Position numbers and translations under genes: made by a program. Under the pieces are notes generated by a model, which was not told the origin of the DNA, ran no database searches, and worked only from the letters and a program-made list of their open reading frames with translations. Of a stretch of 64,000 bases of DNA, positions 18,702 to 27,797 are shown piece by piece. This DNA is from Nanobdellota archaeon (lineage in GTDB: Archaea; Nanobdellota; Nanobdellia; Woesearchaeales; JACJVW01): positions 42,716 to 106,715 of the forward strand of contig JBNJGT010000001.1 in assembly GCA_051819765.1 (NCBI GenBank). Direction: 5' to 3'. Numbering within the stretch: the stretch's first letter is position 1; every line of letters starts with the position of its first letter.

Positions 18702-20992
18702 GAGGCTTCATATTATTGTTAGGCATTTTAAGTGTGATCTTCAGTATCGGGATTGCTGAGGAGCAAGGGTTTGATACAGATGACCCTGCTACATATGCGC
18801 AAAATCCTGAAGAGGTCATTGAAAATTTTGATACGATTGTTGATTCGAAGCCTGATATGCTTATCCAAAAGATGGATGAGAATCCTGGACTGCGCAGCAG
18901 GATTCTTGAGGATAAAGAGACCCGTGATACTCTTTTCTTGAAGGACAATTCGCTTCTCAATAGGGACGGGTATAGGACCGCTGCAAAAGACATGTTCAAT
19001 GATAAGTTTACCGGGTGCACCTTTACTGAAATTGATGGAGATATCGAATCCTTCTCTGAGGATCCTTTGGAGATAACGACTGCTAAAGGCTCATTGGCTT
19101 TGGGAGACCTTCAGGGTGGGGACTATGATGTCAGTATCGAGGAAGATGGTAGGATTAACCTCAATGGCCGTTCCTTTGAGGGTCAGATAACCGGTAATGG
19201 TGATACTCTTGCGGTCGATGGGAGCTATATGGTGGATGGGGAGTCATATAGCATTGCCGGGGACATCCGTGATGTTGGGGAGGGTCGCCTAGAAGGGACC
19301 TTCACGGAATTCAATGGGATTTCGGGTGAAGATCTGGATCTTACTTATCAGGATGGGATTGTTACACTTGGTGGTGGGAGAGTGGATTCTATCGATGAAC
19401 CTGTACGCATCGCAGGGCGCTTTACGTGCGCCAAGGAAGATATCGGGAGTTTTATGTCTGACGGGGCACAGATCACGGTCCTGGACAATGGAGATTTCGA
19501 TCGGCGGTATACTCTGCCAAAGGATACCACTGTCAATCTTCTCATGGATACTCCGGTGGACGAGGACTATCCTGAAGATGCCATCTCTTTATATGCTGAC
19601 GGCTATGCGGCAGATTACGAGAGTGGCGGGGCAACGGGTGACCTTTATGATATGGATCTTCCTCCACGGGGATATCTTGATGTAGGTGATTCCGGGGTGG
19701 AACAGTTGCAGCGGCAGATAAATGCTGAGTTGCGAGATCAACCGGGGTTTGAACCGATCAGCGTTGATGGGATATATGGCCCTGAGACCAAAAATGCTGT
19801 AAGAGAACTACAAAGGAAATATGGGTTGACTCAAGACGGATTATTCGGTTCCAATACTAAGGATGCTCTTATGCAAACCACGAATATGTTTGAAGTGCAA
19901 CGCTATGACCCTAATCTTGGTTCTCGTGGATTTCTATCACCTGGTAATAGAGGTGTTGAGGATGTTCAGCGGATTCTTAATGAGGAATTAATGATGCATG
20001 AGGATTTCGAGCCACTGCAGGTGGATGGAGTCTATGGTCCGAAGACTGAGGCCGCTGTCAAGATGTTGCAGAGGCAGTATGGTCTCACTGTGGATGGCAA
20101 ATTCGGAAGCCAAACTACGCAGGTACTTTCTGAGGCTTATCAGTTGACCGGTGAGGGGGGGTTTCGGGTGGTAGAGACTGAGTCTACCATGGAGTATTCT
20201 GAGGGAGCGTATCAGAATGGGGATCCTCTGCAAACCACTACCTACTTTAAGGGGGATTTTAATTACGGACGCTTTATCGCAGGTAATGATGGTGGGTATC
20301 AACCCATAATATATACGCAAGATGGCAAGGTCATGAATGAACCTGGGTACAGTTATGTATTAGATGATTTTGAGTATTTTGATGGCAATACTTACCAGGA
20401 ACTGGGTGATGTTGTTTCCCGCACTGACGGTTCAGAGGTCAATGGTCCCCCTCATGTCCAGAGTGGGGTTGATACTGAAGGCACTTCTGGCCTTACAACC
20501 AGAACAGTAGGATTGAATCCCCAGGAGATGGATCCTGAGATGAAGCAGTATGTGATGGAGAAGGCGCAGGGTGCAGGATTGGATCCAAAACGATTATTGC
20601 AGCAGATGAAACTTGAATCTCAGTTCGATCCATATGCTTTAAGTCCTGATAATTGCGTGGGTTATGGGCAGATCTCTGAAATTGCAGTTGATGATATAAA
20701 TGCTAACTATGGAACGTCATATGGGTATGATGATAGATGGCACCCCAAAAAAAATGTGGATATGGCTGTGGCTTACCTAGGCCTTCTGGATAGACGTGTA
20801 CGAAACAAGTACCCTAATGGAAAAACAACTCCTGATGGGAGGCATTATACACCTTTGGAAATTCGTGATCTGTATTATGTTGCAGGATCAGGGAACACTG
20901 ATAAATTTTTGAATGGCGAAAAATCAGGTGTCGGTGATGTCTCTGAAAGCTATTCTGAGAATGTTGAAAGGCAGCCGGTGTCTCTTCCCTAA
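18698..20992 (+). CDS. Secreted peptidoglycan-binding protein with a C-terminal lytic transglycosylase (SLT/lysozyme-like) domain
   Basis: Signal peptide MRGFILLLGILSVIFSIGIA. Two PG_binding_1-type repeats: ...VDGIYGPETKNAVRELQRKYGLTQDGLFGSNTKDAL and ...VDGVYGPKTEAAVKMLQRQYGLTVDGKFGSQTTQVL. SLT core MKLESQFDPYALSPDNCVGYGQISE...NVDMAVAYLGLL. Confidence 0.75.
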   Translation: MRGFILLLGILSVIFSIGIAEEQGFDTDDPATYAQNPEEVIENFDTIVDSKPDMLIQKMDENPGLRSRILEDKETRDTLFLKDNSLLNRDGYRTAAKDMFNDKFTGCTFTEIDGDIESFSEDPLEITTAKGSLALGDLQGGDYDVSIEEDGRINLNGRSFEGQITGNGDTLAVDGSYMVDGESYSIAGDIRDVGEGRLEGTFTEFNGISGEDLDLTYQDGIVTLGGGRVDSIDEPVRIAGRFTCAKEDIGSFMSDGAQITVLDNGDFDRRYTLPKDTTVNLLMDTPVDEDYPEDAISLYADGYAADYESGGATGDLYDMDLPPRGYLDVGDSGVEQLQRQINAELRDQPGFEPISVDGIYGPETKNAVRELQRKYGLTQDGLFGSNTKDALMQTTNMFEVQRYDPNLGSRGFLSPGNRGVEDVQRILNEELMMHEDFEPLQVDGVYGPKTEAAVKMLQRQYGLTVDGKFGSQTTQVLSEAYQLTGEGGFRVVETESTMEYSEGAYQNGDPLQTTTYFKGDFNYGRFIAGNDGGYQPIIYTQDGKVMNEPGYSYVLDDFEYFDGNTYQELGDVVSRTDGSEVNGPPHVQSGVDTEGTSGLTTRTVGLNPQEMDPEMKQYVMEKAQGAGLDPKRLLQQMKLESQFDPYALSPDNCVGYGQISEIAVDDINANYGTSYGYDDRWHPKKNVDMAVAYLGLLDRRVRNKYPNGKTTPDGRHYTPLEIRDLYYVAGSGNTDKFLNGEKSGVGDVSESYSENVERQPVSLP

Positions 20993-21023
20993 TAGGATAA
21001 TCCTTATAAAGTTGGGGTGATTT

Positions 21024-21773
21024 GTGTATTGTATGAATATCCTAGATATCGATGAGCTTCAGGTGTCTGTGGGTGATACGCAGATCCTCAAAGGGCTTTC
21101 GCTCTCTATCAAACAATCAAATGTCTATGTGTTGTTCGGACCAAATGGCTCTGGGAAGACAACACTCATGAAGGCGCTTGTGGGGTTCCCAAACCTTACT
21201 GTCAGTGGCCAGATGTCCTTTAACGGAGAGGATATCACAGGGAAGACTATCGATGAACGGGCCAGACTTGGATTGAATATCTCATTCCAGGACCCTCCTG
21301 CTGTCAAGGGTGTTACCTTGCGCAACATCCTAAATATCTGTCTGAAAAAGAGTCCTGATGACCAACTTTCTGAGGATGTTTTGAATCTGGTGCAGCGATT
21401 CGGGCTTGAGCATCTCCTGGAGCGGGACATCAACGCGGATTTCTCAGGCGGCGAGCGAAAGCGGGCTGATATCCTGCAGCTTATCCTGTTGAAACCTAAA
21501 CTGCTGTTATTGGATGAGCCGGATTCTGGGGTCGATGTTGAAAGCCTGAAGGTCATCGCGCGTGAGATCGCGCGATACGTACGGGAGCATGACGCATCAG
21601 CGCTCGTGATCACCCATCATGGAGAGGTCCTTGATTATATCTCATCTACAACTGCTTGTGTGCTTTTGGAGGGGCAGATCAGGTGTTACCAGGATCCGAT
21701 AAAGATACTTGCGGAGATCAAAGAGAAAGGATACATCGAATGCATCAATTGTCATGAAAAATGGAAGAACTGA
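21024..21773 (+). CDS. sufC: Fe-S cluster assembly ATPase SufC
   Basis: Walker A GPNGSGKTTL, ABC signature FSGGERKRADI, Walker B LLLDEPDSGVD, H-loop ITHH. Length about 246 aa. Confidence 0.85.
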   Translation: MYCMNILDIDELQVSVGDTQILKGLSLSIKQSNVYVLFGPNGSGKTTLMKALVGFPNLTVSGQMSFNGEDITGKTIDERARLGLNISFQDPPAVKGVTLRNILNICLKKSPDDQLSEDVLNLVQRFGLEHLLERDINADFSGGERKRADILQLILLKPKLLLLDEPDSGVDVESLKVIAREIARYVREHDASALVITHHGEVLDYISSTTACVLLEGQIRCYQDPIKILAEIKEKGYIECINCHEKWKN

Positions 21774-22822
21774 ATCGTGTTGGAATCGAAGACCCGAAGA
21801 ATCGGTCAGGGACCTATCTATATGAGGATGATTCTGCGAGGCTTTCCGAATCACGGGATGACAATATCGAGATCATGGATATCCGTGAGGCCCTCAAGAA
21901 GTATGACTGGCTCGCCAATTACATGTGGAAAGCCCTTGACCCTGAAAAGGATGAATACACAAAGATGGCGCGTAACCACTACCGTGGTGGGTATTTCATC
22001 TGGGTTAAGAAGGGGGCCCATATCTCCCTTCCTATCCAATCCTGTATGTTCATAAAGGAAGATCATTTCACCCAGGTAGTCCATAACATCGTGATCGTGG
22101 ATGAGGGTGCATCAGTTGATATCATGACAGGATGCCTAACTCATCCGAATGTGCATACGGCTGAGCATGTGGGTATGTCTGAATTCTATGTGAAGAAGAA
22201 CGGGCGCCTGAATTTCACGATGATCCATGACTGGAATGACAAGTCATTTGTCAGGCCACGAAGCGCGACCATCGTCGAGGAGGGAGGCTCATTCATCAAT
22301 AATTATGTGCTTCTTGAGCCAGTGAAGGATATTCAGGCTGCGCCAATCACGTATCTGAAAGGTGCTAACAGCAGGGCAACTCTCACGAGCCTGTTGCAGG
22401 GGGTTGGAACATCCAGTATCGATATGGGTGGGACTGTTGTGCTCCAGGGAAAGGGTTCACAGGGTGATATCATCTCCCGGGCGATCGCAAAAGATTCTTC
22501 AACTATCTATGCCCGGGGCATCATCCAGGGTGAACATGAGGAATCACGGGCGCATCTGGAATGCAATGGTCTGTTGCTTTCGCCGCACGCGAAGATCCAT
22601 GCCATCCCTGAGCTTGTTGCTACGACAGAGGGTGCGGATCTGTCCCATGAAGCAGCAGTCGGGAAGATCGCTGAGGAGGAGATAATCTATCTCATGTCCC
22701 GGGGAATGACAAAGGAAGAGGCTGAGGCCATGATCATCCGTGGCTTTCTGGATGTCAATATGCTGTCCCTGCCTGATGCCTTCAGGGAACGAGTCAAGGA
22801 TCTCATCAATCAGCTTAACTGA
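21761..22822 (+). CDS. Fe-S cluster assembly protein of the SufB/SufD family
   Basis: 353 aa immediately overlapping sufC. C-terminal beta-helix region (..GANSRATLTSLLQG..IISRAIAKDSSTIYARGIIQGEHEESRAHLECNGLLLS..). Confidence 0.7.
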   Translation: MEELNRVGIEDPKNRSGTYLYEDDSARLSESRDDNIEIMDIREALKKYDWLANYMWKALDPEKDEYTKMARNHYRGGYFIWVKKGAHISLPIQSCMFIKEDHFTQVVHNIVIVDEGASVDIMTGCLTHPNVHTAEHVGMSEFYVKKNGRLNFTMIHDWNDKSFVRPRSATIVEEGGSFINNYVLLEPVKDIQAAPITYLKGANSRATLTSLLQGVGTSSIDMGGTVVLQGKGSQGDIISRAIAKDSSTIYARGIIQGEHEESRAHLECNGLLLSPHAKIHAIPELVATTEGADLSHEAAVGKIAEEEIIYLMSRGMTKEEAEAMIIRGFLDVNMLSLPDAFRERVKDLINQLN

Positions 22823-25800
22823 ATTCTCTCCGGTTGTAATAGTTTGCAGCAATCACGATACCGATGAGAATCAGGATAAGGGTCGCAAGGATTATGCCAA
22901 TGATTGTAAGCGGTACCTTGTTCCTGTTCAGGTACCCTCTCCATTCGCTCATCTCCTGGGGCTGCTCTATCTGCTGCTCTTTACCGCTGATAAGATACCG
23001 ACAGGTGTCGATGGTCTTTTGCAAGAGTTCCTTTGACTGCTCGGTCTTGCCCTGTTCAATCAGGTCTCGTGCACGGGCTATCTGCTCGTTGAGTTCCAGG
23101 CATTCAGGGTTTGAGGTAAGCAGGTCACGGACAAACTTCACTTCATTCTCCAGACTCTCCCCTTCAAGAGGCGTGATTGATACAAATGCATAGTCCATGA
23201 GTTCAGGGTTCAGGGAATGGGCACTGATATTGATATTGACTGCCTCTGCGTTTTGCCAGGATGCTTCTACCTGGGTCTCCAGGGTTTCCTGGGGGCTGAG
23301 TGTTGCAATGACCTTGTCCTGAAAATTGAATGTGACGTCTTCATTGCTCTGGGCATCAAGGGTGATCTGGTTGAGGGTGATATTCCCTTGGTTCTTCAGT
23401 GTAAGGGGAATTATTACTGAATCGTTATCTGTCTGTATAAGGGGTTGCGGGGTGATGAGCTGGAGGAACTCTGGCTGTGTGACGTTTTCTGTCTCAGGGA
23501 ACGGGACAATGACCCGTCTTATGTCTCCACCTCCTCCTCCTGAGCTTTCGGGAGGTGGCTGGTCATAGGTGTCGAGGACTGTTATGGTTATGTTGTTTGA
23601 TTGGATGCTTGCGTTTTTTGGATCTTGTGCCTCTACCCTGAAACGCGCGATGCCGTACCAGTCTGTTGCCGGAGAAAGGCTGAGCTGGTTTTGCTGGTTG
23701 ATTGATATGCCTAGATTGTCGCTGTTTTGTATGTCTATTATGGAGAAATTGAGGGTGTCTTTGTCCTTGTCTGAGAAATAGTGGTCAAGGTCAATCCAGG
23801 GAGAGATGTCGTATTCCTCTTTCATTATGAAATCCGGGATTCGCATATTGAGGAGAGGTTCGTTGACTGTCGCATTGCTTATGGTGAGTGCGTACTGGAT
23901 GTAACGGTTTTCCCAATGGTACGTCATATTCTGGGTGCGGTTTTCGTCATGGAACAGGCTTTGGTTTGATAGTGGGTCGGACCATGATGACCAGGCATTC
24001 GCGTTGTATGATGTGCGTGCCTGGAGTGTTGCAGCGCTGACCTTGTGGAGCCTTAGTTCGTTCACTTGTATCTGACCTGTGAAATCCAGTTTCATTCGAT
24101 CCATAGGGGTTGGAGGGATGGTAAGGGTCTGGTTGCCGTTGCAGTCTGATGAAAGGAGATGATTGGAAGTGCCATTGAAGGTGTATGTGATGTTGATGGT
24201 TGTAGGTTGTCTTGTTGAGAGTGAAATGTTCCGGATGAAGGTTGGGGTATTGAATGCGATCGAGAGGGTTGCGGGTGAGTCAGCCTCCCAGTAGGTAAGG
24301 TAATTGTCATCATATGTTCTTGAGATGTTGTGGAATGAACTTGTTGTATGTGATGCGGTGCGTTCTCCTATGATCTCAGAGGTGTGGTTCCCTCTGACAC
24401 GGTACTTGATGTTTCGAAAATCCGGCTTTAAAAGATGGGTTGTGTCGTCCAGGGTGTCCTTTGGCTCTGAGATGAATCTTCCTTGCCCCCTGAATGAGTC
24501 GGTATAGGAGGTATTGTAGAAGGTACCATCAATGCCGAGGGGGACCTCTCCGAAAGAGGGTGGGCGGTTTACATCAATGACGGTGATATTCCATAGTACG
24601 TGGTTTGCTGTGACATTGTCAGATACGGTCAGATTGAGGGTGTGTGTGCCTGAGCTGGAATGATTAAAGTATATGGTGAGGTTCTTTGTTGTATGGGAAT
24701 GGTTATCATATATCCAGGTGGTGAGGATGGTGTCATTCTCATTGTCTGAGCTGTTGTGCATGAAGGTTATTGTCGTGTCCTCGGCGGTTGTAAGATTTAT
24801 CCGGGTCTTGTTTGTCCAATTCCCATGATAGACCTCATGGATGATTGGGGGGGTGTTGTTTTCTACCTCTATTGTTATCAGGTTTGAGCTTGTTGTCGCA
24901 ATGGAGTCGTTTGCGACGAATGCGACGGACAGGTTTCCCACGAAGTCGGTTGCAGGAGCGGCTGTGACACGTGATCCATTGAACCAGAGGGTCATGTCTG
25001 TGGTTGGGCTGTGGGTGAAGTTCATTGACTGGTTGCATGCGTCAATCTGGTAGAAATAATCTGTGAGGTCAAGTATCTCTTTGACCTGGTTCTTTTTTAT
25101 TGTGATATTGGGTATGGGCCTGTCAAGTATTGGTGGTATATTATTATTCTGGACTGTGAGGTTCCATGTGAGGCCTGTGGAGAGATTGCCGTCGGAAACG
25201 TTGACGCTTATGTTATACTGGCCTGCTGCGCAGAAATCGGGAGTGAATGACCAGTTCTGCGTTGTTGCTATAGGTTGGTTGTTGATTGTCCAATTGTAGA
25301 AAAGCAGGTCACTATCTGGGTCATGGATCGTAATGTTGAAGTCCTGTGTGGTGTTCTCCTGAATCGTGTGGTTCAGGGGAGGGATGAAGCTTGTTATCTC
25401 AGGCGGCTTACTTACGTTTATTATATGGTACAATGCTTGCTTGTAGGTGGTGTTGATGCCATCGGTCACGCTAAAGTTGAGGGTCAGGTTTCCCGGCTGT
25501 TTGGGTGTGAAGTTGAATGTTCCTATGGTGGTGGCGCCGATCGGCTCTGTTTGTATGGATGAGGAAATGTTGAAAAGCAAAGGTGATACATTGAGTGCGA
25601 GAAGATCTGCGTCCTCGTCATAGGCTTTGATTGTTATCTCATAGGTATGGTCTTCTCGTAATGAATTGCCGCCGGTCTTGTTCTCCAGCAGTGTAAAATA
25701 CGGGATATCGTTCGTGTCGGTGATGTTTATCACAAGCGTTGATGAGTTGATGCCTCCGTAGGGGTCTGAGACGGTGATGTTGAATGGGTGTACACCTACC

Positions 25801-27797
25801 TCTGATTGGTTGGCTGTGAGGTTTATCATGAGGGTGTTGTTTTGTATCCATGAGGATAGGTTGTGAAAGGAAAGGTTGGTTGAGTAGTTGAGTGTGTCAT
25901 CATCTGGGTCGGTTGCCTGTATTGTGAAGTTGCAGGGGTAATCCTCGCGGCAGGTGACTGATTTGTTGCTTATTTGTGGGTTGTGGTTGCTTGTGATATT
26001 GAATATTGCGATTGTTGAATCATTGAATTCACCATCAGAGACGGTGAGGTTAACCTGTACAAGGCTGACATTGTCAGGGGTGAACTGGACGAGCCCCGTG
26101 GACTGGATGTCGAAGAGGGAGGTGTTGTCCCAGTACATGTGGGTGTCATCGATGTCACGGTCTTCTACATATGAGGAAAGGTCACGGCTGAAGCTCGTGT
26201 TCACCCGTGGGTTGAATGTGGGCAAGGGTTGCCATTGGGGGCGGTTATTGATGTCTATTACTTCAAGGTGGAAGGCCTGGTTGTCTCGTGCTCCTTTTGA
26301 ATCTTCGACAGTCACCTGTACTGTATGATTGCCTGTATGGTTGTCCATCAGTTGCACTTCCAAGCGGGCACTGGCGTTTTCTTTATCATCTATCGGTATG
26401 ACATTGATCCATGAGATGTTTGTTGAGAAGGTGAGGTTGTCTTCAGGGTCAAGGTCTGTTGCGTTGACTATGAGCTGGAACAGGTTGCCTTCAGTATCTG
26501 TCTGGTTGTCTATTGGTGAGAGTACAGGGATATTATTCTTTTTGACTTCTATAGACACATTTGTGCAGGTAGTATTGATTGAATCGCTTGCGCAAATGTT
26601 TACAGTGTGGTTCTTTACTTGTGAGGGAGTCGTATTGATGATGCCGTCGGTCGTATTGAATACACTGCTGTTTGAGGTGAATGTATGAGAGTCATGGGGG
26701 TCATTGTCTGTGAGGTAGTCATTGAGATTTAATGTGAAATAGGCGCCTTGCGCTGTTGTCTGGTTGGGAATGGGAAGGAAAACCGGCGGGTTGTTGACGT
26801 TATTTACAGTTATGGTTATGTTGTTTGAATCAGTGGTGGTGTAACTGTCATTTGCCCTGAACCGTATGGTGACATTACCGAACCAGTAATCCTCAGGATT
26901 GATTGAGACTGTGTGGTTTCCCTCTATCGCTATGGTGACATTCACTTCAGGTATTGCGTTGATTACTGAGTAGGTAAGATTATCCTTGTTTGCCCCTGAG
27001 CAGGTAGTATCCGGGTCATTAAAGTAATCCTCCAATACCAAAAAGTCTTCGAGCTGTTCTCCTTCATTAAGAGTGATGTTTGCGATTGGACCATTGAACT
27101 CGGGCTGGCGGTTGCTATTGTTCACTGTTATATCCCAGGTGTAGGTGTCTGACTCGTTTTGGTCGGTTATGTCCACTTCTACTGTGTGGGTTCCTGCGGT
27201 GCAGTGGCCAAAGCCTATGCTGTATAGTCCAGAGGTTGAATTTGTCTTGTTTACGAGAATGTTATTGTGGTACCAGGTAGTCTCAAGGCTGTCCCCCCAG
27301 GGGATGTCAGGGTCTGATAGGGAATAGTTGTATCTGAATTCCTGGGTTGTACCCTCTGTGATGCTGATTGGGGAAAGGGGAGTTACGCCTTTCAGGGCCG
27401 GCGGGTCGTTTACGTTTTGGATCCTAAAGTAGAGCCGTACGGTCTCATACTCTGATGAGGGTCCTGAATCTTCGGCAATAATGTAAATTGTGTAATTTTG
27501 TGGTCCACTTTCGGTTCCGACATCCTCGTTTGTAGGTGTGAAATTCATGATGGCGCTGGTATCATTGTAGCTTTCCAGTTGGAAGGATGGGAATAGTTCG
27601 CTTGCCAGTGCCCCGGCTTCAGTTGTTTTGAAAGTGATAGGGTAATCCTCATCAGGGTCGATCGCCTTGATAAAATAGGGCGGCGTGGGTTGATCTTCAG
27701 TCAGGATGAACCAGTCGTCATCTGCTACGTTCGTGAATTGAGGGGTTGCCCCATAGGCCAATGTTACCAGTAGCAGTATCAGTAGCAGTCGTTTCAT
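22815..27797 (-). CDS. Giant (1660 aa) surface adhesin-like glycoprotein: signal peptide, many cadherin/Ig-like repeats, C-terminal TM anchor
   Basis: N-terminal MKRLLLILLLVTLAYG. Dozens of NxS/T sequons. Repeated '...FTP..V......NLTVSDG' units. C-terminal IIGIILATLILILIGIVIAANYY followed by a short tail. Confidence 0.7.
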   Translation of the reverse strand: MKRLLLILLLVTLAYGATPQFTNVADDDWFILTEDQPTPPYFIKAIDPDEDYPITFKTTEAGALASELFPSFQLESYNDTSAIMNFTPTNEDVGTESGPQNYTIYIIAEDSGPSSEYETVRLYFRIQNVNDPPALKGVTPLSPISITEGTTQEFRYNYSLSDPDIPWGDSLETTWYHNNILVNKTNSTSGLYSIGFGHCTAGTHTVEVDITDQNESDTYTWDITVNNSNRQPEFNGPIANITLNEGEQLEDFLVLEDYFNDPDTTCSGANKDNLTYSVINAIPEVNVTIAIEGNHTVSINPEDYWFGNVTIRFRANDSYTTTDSNNITITVNNVNNPPVFLPIPNQTTAQGAYFTLNLNDYLTDNDPHDSHTFTSNSSVFNTTDGIINTTPSQVKNHTVNICASDSINTTCTNVSIEVKKNNIPVLSPIDNQTDTEGNLFQLIVNATDLDPEDNLTFSTNISWINVIPIDDKENASARLEVQLMDNHTGNHTVQVTVEDSKGARDNQAFHLEVIDINNRPQWQPLPTFNPRVNTSFSRDLSSYVEDRDIDDTHMYWDNTSLFDIQSTGLVQFTPDNVSLVQVNLTVSDGEFNDSTIAIFNITSNHNPQISNKSVTCREDYPCNFTIQATDPDDDTLNYSTNLSFHNLSSWIQNNTLMINLTANQSEVGVHPFNITVSDPYGGINSSTLVINITDTNDIPYFTLLENKTGGNSLREDHTYEITIKAYDEDADLLALNVSPLLFNISSSIQTEPIGATTIGTFNFTPKQPGNLTLNFSVTDGINTTYKQALYHIINVSKPPEITSFIPPLNHTIQENTTQDFNITIHDPDSDLLFYNWTINNQPIATTQNWSFTPDFCAAGQYNISVNVSDGNLSTGLTWNLTVQNNNIPPILDRPIPNITIKKNQVKEILDLTDYFYQIDACNQSMNFTHSPTTDMTLWFNGSRVTAAPATDFVGNLSVAFVANDSIATTSSNLITIEVENNTPPIIHEVYHGNWTNKTRINLTTAEDTTITFMHNSSDNENDTILTTWIYDNHSHTTKNLTIYFNHSSSGTHTLNLTVSDNVTANHVLWNITVIDVNRPPSFGEVPLGIDGTFYNTSYTDSFRGQGRFISEPKDTLDDTTHLLKPDFRNIKYRVRGNHTSEIIGERTASHTTSSFHNISRTYDDNYLTYWEADSPATLSIAFNTPTFIRNISLSTRQPTTINITYTFNGTSNHLLSSDCNGNQTLTIPPTPMDRMKLDFTGQIQVNELRLHKVSAATLQARTSYNANAWSSWSDPLSNQSLFHDENRTQNMTYHWENRYIQYALTISNATVNEPLLNMRIPDFIMKEEYDISPWIDLDHYFSDKDKDTLNFSIIDIQNSDNLGISINQQNQLSLSPATDWYGIARFRVEAQDPKNASIQSNNITITVLDTYDQPPPESSGGGGGDIRRVIVPFPETENVTQPEFLQLITPQPLIQTDNDSVIIPLTLKNQGNITLNQITLDAQSNEDVTFNFQDKVIATLSPQETLETQVEASWQNAEAVNINISAHSLNPELMDYAFVSITPLEGESLENEVKFVRDLLTSNPECLELNEQIARARDLIEQGKTEQSKELLQKTIDTCRYLISGKEQQIEQPQEMSEWRGYLNRNKVPLTIIGIILATLILILIGIVIAANYYNRREFS

